Source of the DNA: Candidatus Woesearchaeota archaeon
GTDB lineage: Archaea; Nanobdellota; Nanobdellia; SCGC-AAA011-G17; JACPIM01
NCBI GenBank assembly: GCA_964513145.1
Contig: CAZELK010000001.1
Location: 32,001-96,000, forward strand
Direction: 5' to 3'
DNA length: 64,000 nucleotides
Shown here: positions 55,656 through 64,000 of the stretch, piece by piece
Layout: each line of letters opens with the position of its first letter
How positions within the stretch are numbered: position 1 is the first letter of the stretch
Made by a program: the position numbers and the translations under genes
Notes under the pieces: generated by a model
Seen by the model: only the letters and a program-made list of their open reading frames with translations
Databases searched by the model: none
What the model was told of the DNA's origin: nothing

Positions 55656-56801
55656 ATGAAAACTACTTTAATATCAAGCACTTTATCAAGCAATCCTTTT
55701 ATTAGAGTATATCCTTTTGGAAAAATATTATCTGAGAAATTTGAAACAAAAATAATAGGACCAGTTAATTCCAATGGAATTTATGAGCCTTTGAAAAATG
55801 AGGAATGGAATATCCAGCCAATCAGAGAGAAAAAGATATTTCCTTTTTATTTAAAAACTTTTTATGATATTTTTAAAAATGTTAATTCTGATATTGTCCA
55901 TGTTTTTAAGCCAAAATTTTACAGTCTTGGGGCTGGACTAATCTTAAAATTATTAAAAAACAAGAAGATTATTTTGGATATTGATGACTGGGAGAGCCAA
56001 TATGTGCTTGACAATTATTTCTCTTTTAACCCAATTGATTTAGTTAAATTCTGCTTAGTTGACTTTTACATGCCTGAAAGCTATTTTTCAAAGAAAATTT
56101 TAGAAAAATTAAGAAACTATTCAGACAGAATAATAGTTGATGCCTTAGTTTTACAAAAAATGTTTGGGGGAACATATATACCTTCTGGAGCAGACACAGA
56201 CTTATTTGACCCTGATAAATATAATGCAAAAAAAATCAGAGACAAATATGGAATTGAAAAAAATGATATTTTAATTTCTTTTACTGGAACACCGAGAAAA
56301 CATAAGGGAATACTTGAATTAATCCAATCTATTGATGAAGCAAGAAAAGAAAATGAGAACATTAAATTAATGATTGTAGGAGCAAGCAATGACAATCCTT
56401 TCGCAAGTGAGCTAAGAAAAAAAGAGGGAATTATAGTTGAAAATTACCAGCCGCACAACGAAATTCCTTATTATATTTCTGCTGCAGATATAATTGCCAT
56501 ACCATTAAAAAACAATCCATCAGCAATGAAACAAATGCCTTATAAAGTATTTGAGATGATGTCTATGGCTAAACCAATTATTGCAACTGGGGTTGCTGAT
56601 ATTCCTATAGCATTAAATAATTGCGGAAAGGTAATAGAACCGAATAATGCTGTACAATTAAAGAATGGGATTTTAGAATATGCTGAAAATAAAAGATTAA
56701 GATTAAATGATGGAAGAAAGGCCAGAGAAAAATGCATTAAAGAATATAGCTTTAAAATTGTAAGAAAAAGAATTTTTGAAGTTTATGATAAATTTACTTG
56801 A
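55656..56801 (+). CDS. Glycosyltransferase family 4
   Basis: DIDDWE, PSG.DT..F, F.G....HKG, P.K.FE.M.M.KP.I.T.V.DI. Confidence 0.88.
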   Translation: MKTTLISSTLSSNPFIRVYPFGKILSEKFETKIIGPVNSNGIYEPLKNEEWNIQPIREKKIFPFYLKTFYDIFKNVNSDIVHVFKPKFYSLGAGLILKLLKNKKIILDIDDWESQYVLDNYFSFNPIDLVKFCLVDFYMPESYFSKKILEKLRNYSDRIIVDALVLQKMFGGTYIPSGADTDLFDPDKYNAKKIRDKYGIEKNDILISFTGTPRKHKGILELIQSIDEARKENENIKLMIVGASNDNPFASELRKKEGIIVENYQPHNEIPYYISAADIIAIPLKNNPSAMKQMPYKVFEMMSMAKPIIATGVADIPIALNNCGKVIEPNNAVQLKNGILEYAENKRLRLNDGRKAREKCIKEYSFKIVRKRIFEVYDKFT

Positions 56802-57861
56802 TAACTGCAGTTTGCATTTTTTTTATGTCATTGCATAATATATCTGCTGCCAAAATACAGGTACCTATTTTTCCAGAAAATATAGAAAATTCTTTATCAG
56901 AAATTTTTTGAACTATTGTGGGCCTTGCATCATCGTGTTCTCTATTTGGGAATACTGTACGAACTGTGTACATAGATCCTATATGAACTGCCTTCTCAAT
57001 ATCTGTAAAATACTCTTTAGCAACTTCGAAAAATTTATTTATATTTGTTACTGGCGGATTTTTTATAATGCCTTTATTTAATAATGACTTAAATTCTGAT
57101 GGTATTTCTGGGGTTTTCCCTATATTTGTTTTATGGATAGCATGAACAACATTACCCATTACATGATAACTTGTATTTCCCAACGGGTCTATGCACATAA
57201 ATGGGCCATCTAAAATTACTATACTTTGATTTTTGTAAATTTCAGGCAATTTAATTATTGGTTTTTCGCATAATTCAAATTGGAGATTTTTTTGCAATCT
57301 GGGCTTGTTTTGGAAAGGCAAATTACTATTGGCATAAAGGGCATAAATAACAATGTTATACTTTTGAAGAGAATTAAAATCAGCTTCTTGAAATATTAAA
57401 TTTACTTTATGTGTTTTTAATTTTTCCTTACAAATTAATTTTAATTTTTCCAAATCAAAAATACTTTCTTCTACTTTTAATGATGCTGTTATTGAATCTT
57501 TATTTACAACACGGCAGTGCTCTTCTTTAAACGGCAAATTGTGGCGACTGCAAAATTCCATGAATTGTTCCTTAGATGTAAGACTGTCTCTTTTTGATAT
57601 GCAGTAAAAGTTTTCTGTATTTTTTACTATACAACCACCATATTCTTCTTGAAAACTTTTTGAACCGATTTTTGAATCTATGGCTGTTTCATCACTTCTT
57701 GGATAATGATAACCCATATGAAGCCTATATTGATTTATACCAGAAGCAGCCTGCAAAATATCCTTTTCACGCTCGTATAAATCCACATTATAACCTAAAC
57801 TTCCCAATTTCCAAGCTGCTGTTACTCCAAATATTCCAGCGCCTATAACTCCTATCTTCAT
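56794..57861 (-). CDS. FAD-dependent oxidoreductase
   Basis: KIGVIGAGIFG, AS..NQ.RLH.GYHYPRS, SGKI.T. Confidence 0.85.
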   Translation of the reverse strand: MKIGVIGAGIFGVTAAWKLGSLGYNVDLYEREKDILQAASGINQYRLHMGYHYPRSDETAIDSKIGSKSFQEEYGGCIVKNTENFYCISKRDSLTSKEQFMEFCSRHNLPFKEEHCRVVNKDSITASLKVEESIFDLEKLKLICKEKLKTHKVNLIFQEADFNSLQKYNIVIYALYANSNLPFQNKPRLQKNLQFELCEKPIIKLPEIYKNQSIVILDGPFMCIDPLGNTSYHVMGNVVHAIHKTNIGKTPEIPSEFKSLLNKGIIKNPPVTNINKFFEVAKEYFTDIEKAVHIGSMYTVRTVFPNREHDDARPTIVQKISDKEFSIFSGKIGTCILAADILCNDIKKMQTAVIK

Positions 57862-57881
57862 TTTAAAATCCTATTAATATT

Positions 57882-58892
57882 TTAATTTAAATTTATTTCC
57901 TTATTTAATTCAGATGATTTATAAATTGATAATATCAATTCCAATGCTTTTTTTCCATCATAACCAGTGACAAATGGCTCCTTACTATATATTATTGAAT
58001 TATTAAAATCCTGGATTTGATCTTTAATTGTCCCGTTTTTAAGCTTAAAGTAACTTAATAATCTTTTTTTAACTTGGTTTTTCTCAGTATTAATGGTTTT
58101 TATCTTGCTATATAATTTTGTTCCTTCTAGAATTATAGACCCTTTTGTTCCATGTATTTCAAATTTATCTTTTAATGTTTTTATTGATGCAGTTGTTGCT
58201 TCAATTGTTGCAACAGCCCCGGATTTGAATTTTATAATAGCAACAGCAGTATCTTCTCCCTCAATATCGTGCATTTTTGTTTCTATTTTTCCATAAACAC
58301 TTTTTACTTCACCAAAAAACCATAATAACAAATCAATATAATGAATTGCCTGCATTATTAAAACTCCGCCGCCTGCAAATTTATTTAGTTTTCTCCATTT
58401 CTCTGATGATTCATAATAATTTTTAGACCGGTTCAATTTTATTGAAACATTTCCCAAATTTAAGTCTCCTAATGTATTTTTTTCTACTTCTTTTTTTGCC
58501 CATTGTACAGCATAATCAAACCTATGCTGTGAGACCACACTTAATTTTACATTATTTTCTTTGCATGATTTTATTAATTCATCTGCTTTTTCTACAGAGG
58601 TATCAATTGGTTTTTCTATTAAAATATGCTTACCTGATTTTGCTGCTAGTACTCCTAATTCTGCGTGCAAATTGTTTATTGTTACAATGTCAACTGCAGT
58701 TATTTCTTTATTTTTTAACAATTCTTTATAATCTGTGTATTCTTTTATTTTATATTTATGTGCAAAATTTTCAGCTCTTTCTTTTGCGCTACTATATACA
58801 GCTACTAATTCTGTATCTTTTATGGACATTATTGCTTTTGCGTGCTTATGAGCTATATTTCCAGTTCCAATTATAGCGAACTTAATTTTCAT
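57882..58892 (-). CDS. Gfo/Idh/MocA oxidoreductase (WlbA/WbpB-like nucleotide-sugar dehydrogenase)
   Basis: AIIGTG.IA..H, H..IEKP, Q.RF, GGG.L..QAIH.IDL..W..G, ED.A.A...F.SG. Confidence 0.87.
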   Translation of the reverse strand: MKIKFAIIGTGNIAHKHAKAIMSIKDTELVAVYSSAKERAENFAHKYKIKEYTDYKELLKNKEITAVDIVTINNLHAELGVLAAKSGKHILIEKPIDTSVEKADELIKSCKENNVKLSVVSQHRFDYAVQWAKKEVEKNTLGDLNLGNVSIKLNRSKNYYESSEKWRKLNKFAGGGVLIMQAIHYIDLLLWFFGEVKSVYGKIETKMHDIEGEDTAVAIIKFKSGAVATIEATTASIKTLKDKFEIHGTKGSIILEGTKLYSKIKTINTEKNQVKKRLLSYFKLKNGTIKDQIQDFNNSIIYSKEPFVTGYDGKKALELILSIYKSSELNKEINLN

Positions 58893-58969
58893 TTTTTTAT
58901 ATTATTTAGTAAGATTTAAAAAGTAAATGGAATTAACAATAGTTATTGATTTTTAAATTTGGGGGCTAA

Positions 58970-60406
58970 ATGAAGGTTTTAATTGCTAATCCACCATGGC
59001 CTGGACCAGGTTATGGGACAAGGAGTAATGTAAGATGGCCTCATAGAAGGGGGGACAAGGTTCTAACTTATCCAATTTATTTAGCTTATGCTACATCAAT
59101 GCTGAAACAAGACGGATTTATAACTTGGGGTGTAGATGCTGTTGACAAAGAATGGGGAATTAGTGAATTTGTGCAGAAGGTAAAAGAATTTAAGCCAAAT
59201 ATTGTTTTTATGGAAGTGTCTACGCCTTCTATAGTCTATGATTTAGAAACAGCGCAAAGAATTAAAGAAGAGGCTGGGTGCATAATTGTTTTTTGCGGTC
59301 CGCATTTAAATTTCTTTCATGAAAAGACTATAAAAGATTATAATTTTGTTGATATATGCATTAGAGATGAATTTGACATTACAATCAGGGAGATTTGCAG
59401 AGTTTTATCTGACAATAAGCCTTTGTCTTCTGTACCTGGAATTACTTACAGGGAAATGGGCAGAGTAATCGTCAATCCTTCGAAATCTTTTGACATTAAT
59501 CTGGATGAACTTCCTTTTCCAGACAGGGATGACTGGCCAATTGAAAGTTATATTCAAGGATTTTATGCTGGAAAAAAAACAGCAATGATGCTTCAAAGCA
59601 GGGGTTGTCCTGCAAGATGCACTTTTTGTATATGGCCGCAGACAATGACTGGTCATTCTCATAGAAGAAGATCACCAAAGAATGTTTGCGATGAAATTGA
59701 ATACTTAAAAAATAAATATGGTGTTGATGAGGTTTTTTTTGATGATGATACTTTTATAATTGACAAAAAAGCAGGAATTGAACTTCTTGATGAGATGATA
59801 AACAGAAAATTAAATATCCCATGGATGTGCATGTGCAGAGTAAATTCTGTTGATTCTGAAATCTTAGCAAAAATGAAGGAAGCTGGATGCACACAAGTTT
59901 ATTATGGATTTGAGTCTGGATCGCAAAAAATATTAAACTCCATTAAAAAAGGAGCTACTTTAGATCAAGCTTTTAATATTGTAAGAGAAACACAGAAATT
60001 AGGAATGTATGCTACAGGGAGTTTTATTATTGGATTGCCAGAAGACGATATGCAATCAATCAATGAAACTATTAAATTTGCAATTAAATTAAAAGCAAAT
60101 TATGTTCAGTTTGTTTTAACAGAAGCTTTGCCAGGAACTGAATTATATGATACAGTAACAAAAGAAAATCTGTTGAAAATAAATTCCTGGTCAGATTTAG
60201 ATGGGACGCATGGGAGCATGTTAAGGACTAAATATCTTACAAATAAAGAACTAAAAGGCATGCTAAGAAAATGCTACATAAAGTATTATACTGCACCAAG
60301 CATTGTTTTTGAAAATCTCAAGAAAGTAAGAAGCATGAATGATGCAAGAAAAATAGTGAGGGGAGCAAAATCAGTTTTAGCACGTATTTTATTCTACAAG
60401 GATTAA
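58970..60406 (+). CDS. Cobalamin-binding radical SAM protein (HpnJ-like)
   Basis: NPPW...R...RWPH...YP..LAY, GPH, SRGCP.RC.FC.WP, FFDDDTF, GFESG.Q..L, G.FI.GLP. Confidence 0.9.
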   Translation: MKVLIANPPWPGPGYGTRSNVRWPHRRGDKVLTYPIYLAYATSMLKQDGFITWGVDAVDKEWGISEFVQKVKEFKPNIVFMEVSTPSIVYDLETAQRIKEEAGCIIVFCGPHLNFFHEKTIKDYNFVDICIRDEFDITIREICRVLSDNKPLSSVPGITYREMGRVIVNPSKSFDINLDELPFPDRDDWPIESYIQGFYAGKKTAMMLQSRGCPARCTFCIWPQTMTGHSHRRRSPKNVCDEIEYLKNKYGVDEVFFDDDTFIIDKKAGIELLDEMINRKLNIPWMCMCRVNSVDSEILAKMKEAGCTQVYYGFESGSQKILNSIKKGATLDQAFNIVRETQKLGMYATGSFIIGLPEDDMQSINETIKFAIKLKANYVQFVLTEALPGTELYDTVTKENLLKINSWSDLDGTHGSMLRTKYLTNKELKGMLRKCYIKYYTAPSIVFENLKKVRSMNDARKIVRGAKSVLARILFYKD

Positions 60407-60464
60407 TTTTTTTAAAATTTTAAAACATAGATTTTATAAATAGTTAGCTTGGATTTAATAATTT

Positions 60465-61643
60465 ATGGAAACTATTACTTTAGTAACTAATGAATATCCG
60501 CCTTTATCTTTTGGTGGTGGGGGAAATACTGCAAGACTTTTAGTAAAGAAACTAAAAGAAACTAACAATAAAATAAATTTAGTTACTGTAAAGTTTGGGA
60601 AATATTCTTCTCTTCCCGAAGTAGAAGAAGACGGCAATTTGACTATTTACAGAATAAACATGGATAATATTTTGTTGAATAAAATTTACAAACCACATTT
60701 AGCGTTATTTGCCAAAATACCTTTTTTTTCCAGATCACATAAGAAATTATTTAATGAAAGCGACTTAATTCATGTGCTGAGTTTTAGGGATGCTGCTTTT
60801 TTACCCAAATTTAACAAGAAATTAGTTGTCAATGTAAATGACCATTATGCTGCTTTAGTCGAATTAAATCCTTTTAAATATCCTTATCCTGGCGGGGGAA
60901 AATTTAGAAAATACTTGAATTACAGGTTTTTTAGAATTTTAGATAAATTATCTTTGGACAAATGCGATTTTTTTGCAACAAATGCAGAATATGTAAAAAG
61001 AACTGTTTCAAATGAATATAATATTGATCCGAACAAAGGCAAGTGTGTTCACAAAGGGGTTGATGTTTCAGAATTTAAAGGAGAATTTGAAAAAGACATT
61101 GATATTTTATTTATAGGCTCGAGATTTATAGAAAAGGGAGCTATTGATTTAATAAATGCAGTAGAGAAATTAAAAAAAGACTATCCAAAATTAAAATGCG
61201 TTATGATAGGGGGCGGATCTAAGATTGATATTGATTATGATGCTTACATTAAATCTTTAGGTTTAAGTGAAAACATAGAAATTAAACCTTTTTTAGACAA
61301 TAAAGAAGTTATAAAATACCATTTAAGATCTAAAATACATATCTTGCCGACTAAAATAGAAGCATTAGCACAAGTAATGCTTGAAGCAATGGCAGCAAAG
61401 GTACCAGTTATTGCAACTGATGTCGGAGGAAATTCTGAAGCGATTACACATGGAGAGAATGGGTTTTTAATTAAAGTAGGTGATGTAGATGGAATTGTCA
61501 AATATGCTAAAGTTTTACTAGATGACAGCAAATTAAGAAAAAAAATGGGACTAAATGGGTTTAATAAGGTACTAAATCATTTTAATGTAGAAAGAATGGT
61601 AAATGACTATGTACAAATTTATAATAATTTATTAAACAAATGA
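60465..61643 (+). CDS. Glycosyltransferase family 4
   Basis: EYPP..FGGGG, GVD...F, KG...LI.A, EA.....LEAMA...PVIAT.VGG..E.I..G.NG. Confidence 0.9.
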   Translation: METITLVTNEYPPLSFGGGGNTARLLVKKLKETNNKINLVTVKFGKYSSLPEVEEDGNLTIYRINMDNILLNKIYKPHLALFAKIPFFSRSHKKLFNESDLIHVLSFRDAAFLPKFNKKLVVNVNDHYAALVELNPFKYPYPGGGKFRKYLNYRFFRILDKLSLDKCDFFATNAEYVKRTVSNEYNIDPNKGKCVHKGVDVSEFKGEFEKDIDILFIGSRFIEKGAIDLINAVEKLKKDYPKLKCVMIGGGSKIDIDYDAYIKSLGLSENIEIKPFLDNKEVIKYHLRSKIHILPTKIEALAQVMLEAMAAKVPVIATDVGGNSEAITHGENGFLIKVGDVDGIVKYAKVLLDDSKLRKKMGLNGFNKVLNHFNVERMVNDYVQIYNNLLNK

Positions 61644-61644
61644 C

Positions 61645-62544
61645 ATGATAAATATTTTTTATATATTAATTATTTTGGTAATTAATTTAATTAGTGCTGT
61701 TTTTTTTAGCCTGAGATATAGATATGTTTTAAATTATCTTGGGGAACATATTAAAGCGACTAGCGCATTTCTTATTTTTTGTTTATCAGGAACTATAAAT
61801 TATTTAATTCCATTTAAAGGCGGGATTTTTGTTGGAGGACCAACTGCTGCAAAGTTAAAAGAGAACATAAGTGTAGAAAAAAGTTCTATAGTACTTATTT
61901 TTGAACAATTATTTGAGGCTATATGGCAATTGATTTTTATTATTTTCTTCTTTATTTTTGCAGGCAATAAAATTTTTAAAAATCACCCATTATTTAACAT
62001 TATCTTTTTAAGTATTATGCTAATTATTATTCTTTATTTTGTGTTTAGACATGACAAGTTACTTAATATATTAATTAAAATTCATGTCTTTCTTCCAAAA
62101 AAATTAAAAAATTTTATCAATAAAATCGGGATAAAAAAGGAGAATACAAGCGAAGCATTTAAGAATTTAAAATTGTTATTTACAAAAAAAAGTTTTCTTT
62201 TAAATTACAGCTTAAGAACTGTTTTCCTCATTTTTTTTACACCTTTAAATTTACTTTTTATTTTAATGGCTTTCTCTTATTATTTTTCTTATTTAGATAT
62301 TATAATTATGTTTTGGACTAGCTTTATTTTAGGAAAGTTAAGCGGTTTACCAGGGGGTTTAGGATTAAGAGATTTGGCAATAGGGGCTTTTTTAGTAAAT
62401 TTAGGCATATCAACTACTTTAACTGTCCAAATTGTATTTCTTCACAGAATTTTGAGTTTATTTCCAGTAATACCAGTAGGCGGTACTTTACTGATATATT
62501 TAAGCAAGGGAAAATTAACAGAATTTTATAAAAGATTTTTGTAA
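61645..62544 (+). CDS. Lysylphosphatidylglycerol synthase TM-region / UPF0104 flippase-like membrane protein
   Basis: Multi-TM; RY..VL, NY.IP.KGG, LPGGLG.RD.A, R..S.F. Confidence 0.82.
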   Translation: MINIFYILIILVINLISAVFFSLRYRYVLNYLGEHIKATSAFLIFCLSGTINYLIPFKGGIFVGGPTAAKLKENISVEKSSIVLIFEQLFEAIWQLIFIIFFFIFAGNKIFKNHPLFNIIFLSIMLIIILYFVFRHDKLLNILIKIHVFLPKKLKNFINKIGIKKENTSEAFKNLKLLFTKKSFLLNYSLRTVFLIFFTPLNLLFILMAFSYYFSYLDIIIMFWTSFILGKLSGLPGGLGLRDLAIGAFLVNLGISTTLTVQIVFLHRILSLFPVIPVGGTLLIYLSKGKLTEFYKRFL

Positions 62545-62552
62545 AGCAATTT

Positions 62553-63236
62553 CTATTTATCTGCAATTACATAATATCCGCGACAATATATTTCCTGGGG
62601 GGTAAATCTGTCTAATTTTACCAATAGATATGCCAAAGGATAAAATAAAACCCTTATTATAAAACCAATATCTTTTAATGGGGCAGTAGATTCATTAAAC
62701 ATTTTAACTAAAATAGAAAAGAAACCACCAGCTGGAATAATTTTTACATTCTTGTATTTTCTGAAAAGGTGTTTTAGTCCATCTTCTGTAAATCTCCAAT
62801 AATCTCCATAAGTTGCATGAACTCTATATATAAATGGCACCCAATGTATGGTTCGACCCCCCCCCATTAATGCAATATAACATTGATCTATAACTTTCTG
62901 TGGTTCTTTTATATGCTCCAATAATCCGAGACTAATTATAACATTAAACTTTTTCTTTAAATTACATTTCTCTGCAAACTCATGAGCATCTGCTATGTAG
63001 TCTGGATTTCTACTTGGGTCTATATCCAATGTAAAATAATTTTTACTTAATTTTGTTTTAAATGTTTTATTTATCCCAACTGAACAACCAATATCAAGGA
63101 CAAAATCATCTTCCTTAATATAATTTGGAAAAAACTTTGCCGGGATTATTTCTCTTGGAGGCAACCAGGTAGAGTAGAAAAGCCTTCCTAATCTTCCATT
63201 CATTCGCTTGTCAAAATATTTATTTCCCCTATCCAT
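62553..63236 (-). CDS. Class I SAM-dependent methyltransferase
   Basis: VLDIGCS, D..AD.H, LLEH..EP, PF.Y..H....DYWRFT..GL..L. Confidence 0.88.
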   Translation of the reverse strand: MDRGNKYFDKRMNGRLGRLFYSTWLPPREIIPAKFFPNYIKEDDFVLDIGCSVGINKTFKTKLSKNYFTLDIDPSRNPDYIADAHEFAEKCNLKKKFNVIISLGLLEHIKEPQKVIDQCYIALMGGGRTIHWVPFIYRVHATYGDYWRFTEDGLKHLFRKYKNVKIIPAGGFFSILVKMFNESTAPLKDIGFIIRVLFYPLAYLLVKLDRFTPQEIYCRGYYVIADK

Positions 63237-63263
63237 TTTTTTTAACGAAAGATTAATTTTTAA

Positions 63264-64000
63264 TTAAATTTTATTGTTTACAACTGTTTTTTTAAAATAC
63301 ATAGTTCCCTGTCTTGCATAACGTTTTACATCTTCAATAGTCCTTACTTTCTTAACCAAAGCATTTAGGATATATTTCGGTCTGAAGTAAAATTCTCTAT
63401 ATGCTTCTTTTTGTGCTTTTTGGAGCCATTTTCTATCCACTCCTTTTGGTGAATATACTGGGTTACTTGCATGACCAGACATGTTATTAAAATCTTCTGC
63501 AAAAAACTGCCCGCCGCTTTCAATTGCAAAATTATAAAACTCAGTTCCTGGATATGGAACTGGGAGATTGAATTGAACTCCATCTAATGGCAAGCTCTTT
63601 GCAAAATCTATTGTTTCTTTAATTGTTTCTTCTGTATCTGTGGGCAGACCTAACATAAAATATCCCTTTGTAAATATCCCGCTTTTTTGGCATTCTTTTA
63701 AAACTGCTCTTACATTTTCCAGACTTTGAATCTTAGTTGCCTGATTATTTTTTAGAATGTTGATATTTCCGCTTTCCAATCCAAAGCCAATATACCAGCA
63801 TCCTGCTTTGGCCATTTTTGGTATTAATTTTAAACCATTTCCACATAAACTAGCAATTGTTACACCAGCGCATGACCAAGTTATGTCAAGCTTATTTTCA
63901 ATAATCAAGTCACATATTTTTTCAACCCTAGGATTTAAAATTGCAAAATTTTCATCAGTTATATAAAATTCCTTTATTCCAAATCTTTCTCTTAAATATT
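63264..64000 (-). CDS. Cobalamin-binding radical SAM protein, C-terminal part (partial, runs off the window end)
   Basis: Frame open to the window edge (..GIKEFYITDENF..). M.KAGC..I.FG.ESG, G.FMLGLP.DT.ETI..TI.FA, PYPGT..Y, AYREFY.RP.YI. The CxxxCxxC motif lies outside the window. Confidence 0.85.
   Translation of the reverse strand, partial: YLRERFGIKEFYITDENFAILNPRVEKICDLIIENKLDITWSCAGVTIASLCGNGLKLIPKMAKAGCWYIGFGLESGNINILKNNQATKIQSLENVRAVLKECQKSGIFTKGYFMLGLPTDTEETIKETIDFAKSLPLDGVQFNLPVPYPGTEFYNFAIESGGQFFAEDFNNMSGHASNPVYSPKGVDRKWLQKAQKEAYREFYFRPKYILNALVKKVRTIEDVKRYARQGTMYFKKTVVNNKI

Noticed and set aside
41825-63966. Shadow ORFs in the glycan locus (e.g. 41825..42193, 51375..51824, 58442..58876, 59405..59662)
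   Set aside because: Antisense to recognised enzymes or transporters, with no independent support.

Overview
AT-rich archaeal chromosome segment, most consistent with a DPANN (Woesearchaeota/Pacearchaeota-like) genome. The lineage is inferred from archaeal-type ribosomal proteins, NAC, Sec61beta, TrmY, an archaeosortase-family gene and GGTGA/GGAG ribosome-binding sites. In order it holds gyrB-gyrA, an SRP (7S) RNA, an hsp20-grpE-dnaK-(orphan)-dnaJ cluster, secG-nac-scpA, hisS with tRNA-His, a cell-envelope block (large surface protein, PAP2 phosphatase, isoprenoid-kinase-like protein, archaeosortase), rpl1-rpl10-rpl12 with a vapBC-like pair upstream, the long L3-to-SecY ribosomal superoperon, and a >21 kb glycosylation locus with three cobalamin-binding radical SAM genes. 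Four hidden features stand out. (1) An 18-nt bulge-helix-bulge intron in SRP RNA helix 8; removing it by the standard BHB cut rule restores a canonical SRP54-binding motif. (2) A 15-nt BHB intron at the non-canonical T-loop position 59/60 of tRNA-His. (3) A tnpA-less IS200/IS605 TnpB element (35896-37134, TAM TCAT) inserted antisense at the rps3/rpl29 junction. Its antisense strand is tiled by two in-register ORFs that link the rps3 stop to the rpl29 start through an ATGA overlap supplied by the TAM itself, a candidate anti-polarity 'translation relay'. (4) A natural L34e-L14e fusion and an AbrB-Hsp20 fusion. All calls were made by eye from sequence motifs; no database searches were run.
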